Source: Takakia lepidozioides (lineage: Eukaryota; Plantae; Bryophyta). From it: a stretch of DNA of 64,000 bases. The notes under the pieces are model-generated. The model had not been told where the DNA came from. It saw nothing but the letters and a program-made list of their open reading frames with translations, and searched no databases. This document shows, in pieces, positions 63,060-64,000 of this stretch. Location of the stretch: positions 48,360,001 through 48,424,000 of the forward strand of contig CM060731.1 in assembly GCA_030704615.1 (NCBI GenBank), written 5' to 3'. The translations under genes and the position numbers were made by a program. The stretch's first letter is position 1, and each line of letters opens with the position of its first letter.

Positions 63060-64000
63060 TTTCACAAGTAAACCCCCAAGAACAGACCCCCTCTTGGAAA
63101 TGGTGAAAGGGGTTGGTATTATAACAATTGATCGCCCAACAGTCCTTGAGATGAATTTGGTGGCGGTGTAGCAGTCAGGTGCCCGAGGGGGCAAGCTGAT
63201 GTGCAAAGCAAATCGCCAGTTTCTCACTGTGTTAAGGTAGAAGTTTTTCCTTTTGCTCCTCCTCCAATGCAAATCGTCTACCCAGACACCTTCATCCATC
63301 CAGTCTCAGCTTGGCATGGATTGAGGCATCCTGTGGATCCCAGCGAAGGAGACATTTTGCGACACGTTCTGCCACCCCCACGTTCCCATGCTTTCTGCAG
63401 GCACCAAGCAAGGCCCCCCACACCCCAACACCTGGGTCGATTGGCATTTTGTTGATGAAGTTCTCTGCCTCACACAATCGCCCTGCACGGCCAAGAAGGT
63501 CCACCATGCAGCCAAAATGCTCAACTGTAGGAGTGAGGCCATGATCTCGACTCATGGAATCAAAGTAGTGATAGCCTTCATCCACCAGGCCCAAATGGCT
63601 ACATGCAGAGAGAATATTTATGAAGGTGATACTATCTGGCTTCAAGCCTTCATGTTGCAATTGTTCGAATAGTTGGAGGACCTCCCTGCCACAACCATGT
63701 TGCCCATATCCTGCGATCATGGCACTCCAAGATACCACATCTCGTTTGACCATATTGTCAAACACTTGACCCGCATCCTTCATGCTCCCGCATTTTACAT
63801 ACATATTAACAAGAGCATTCTCCAAATTTGCGTGTGGAGCTATTCCAGCCTTGATGATGTCAGCATGCACCTCTCTGCCCTTTTCAAGGATAGCCAAGCT
63901 GGAACACGCGTTGAGAACGCCAATGAATGTGACCTTATCAGGTGTCAACCCTTCCTGTATCATTTGCTCATAGATCACAAAAGCCTCCCTGCTACACCCA
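63060..64000 (-). pseudogene. PLS-class PPR gene (5' end outside the window) with truncated E domain and decayed DYW domain
   Basis: Intact PPR motifs at 63292-63978, then EEEQKEKLLP*HSEKLAICF, DCYTATKFIS and FHHFQEGVCS spread over different frames. Confidence 0.88.

Overview
Nuclear DNA from a land plant, most likely a moss or other non-seed plant. This is inferred from the intronless PAL, PLS/DYW PPR genes, nuclear cpTatC and a Tcn1-like Gypsy element. The window holds a tandem segmental duplication with an offset of about 32.7 kb (1-11317 matches 32736-44106). Each copy carries an intronless PAL gene, a 5-exon gene with no recognisable domain, and two nested Copia remnants. A third, older partial copy of the unknown gene lies at 45.8-54.8 kb and is split by a Copia insertion with an intact TSD. 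Between the two PAL copies (11.4-30 kb) is a transposon nest. It contains Gypsy fragments, a hAT transposase in two oppositely oriented halves, and a roughly 10.7 kb unit (19245-29972) with Helitron/Helentron-like ends. That unit carries an intronless atypical protein kinase, two decayed unknown ORFs, long imperfect hairpins and arrays of a 50-52 bp-periodic GCGACCGCC-N5-7-GGCGGTCGC palindrome placed upstream of cargo promoters. It is the best candidate for an undescribed system. The right end holds an intronless TPST retrocopy lacking its PAPS-binding loop, a truncated MCM10-like gene, an intact 4-exon cpTatC and a PPR gene with a decayed DYW domain. All calls come from reading the sequence by eye; no searches were run.
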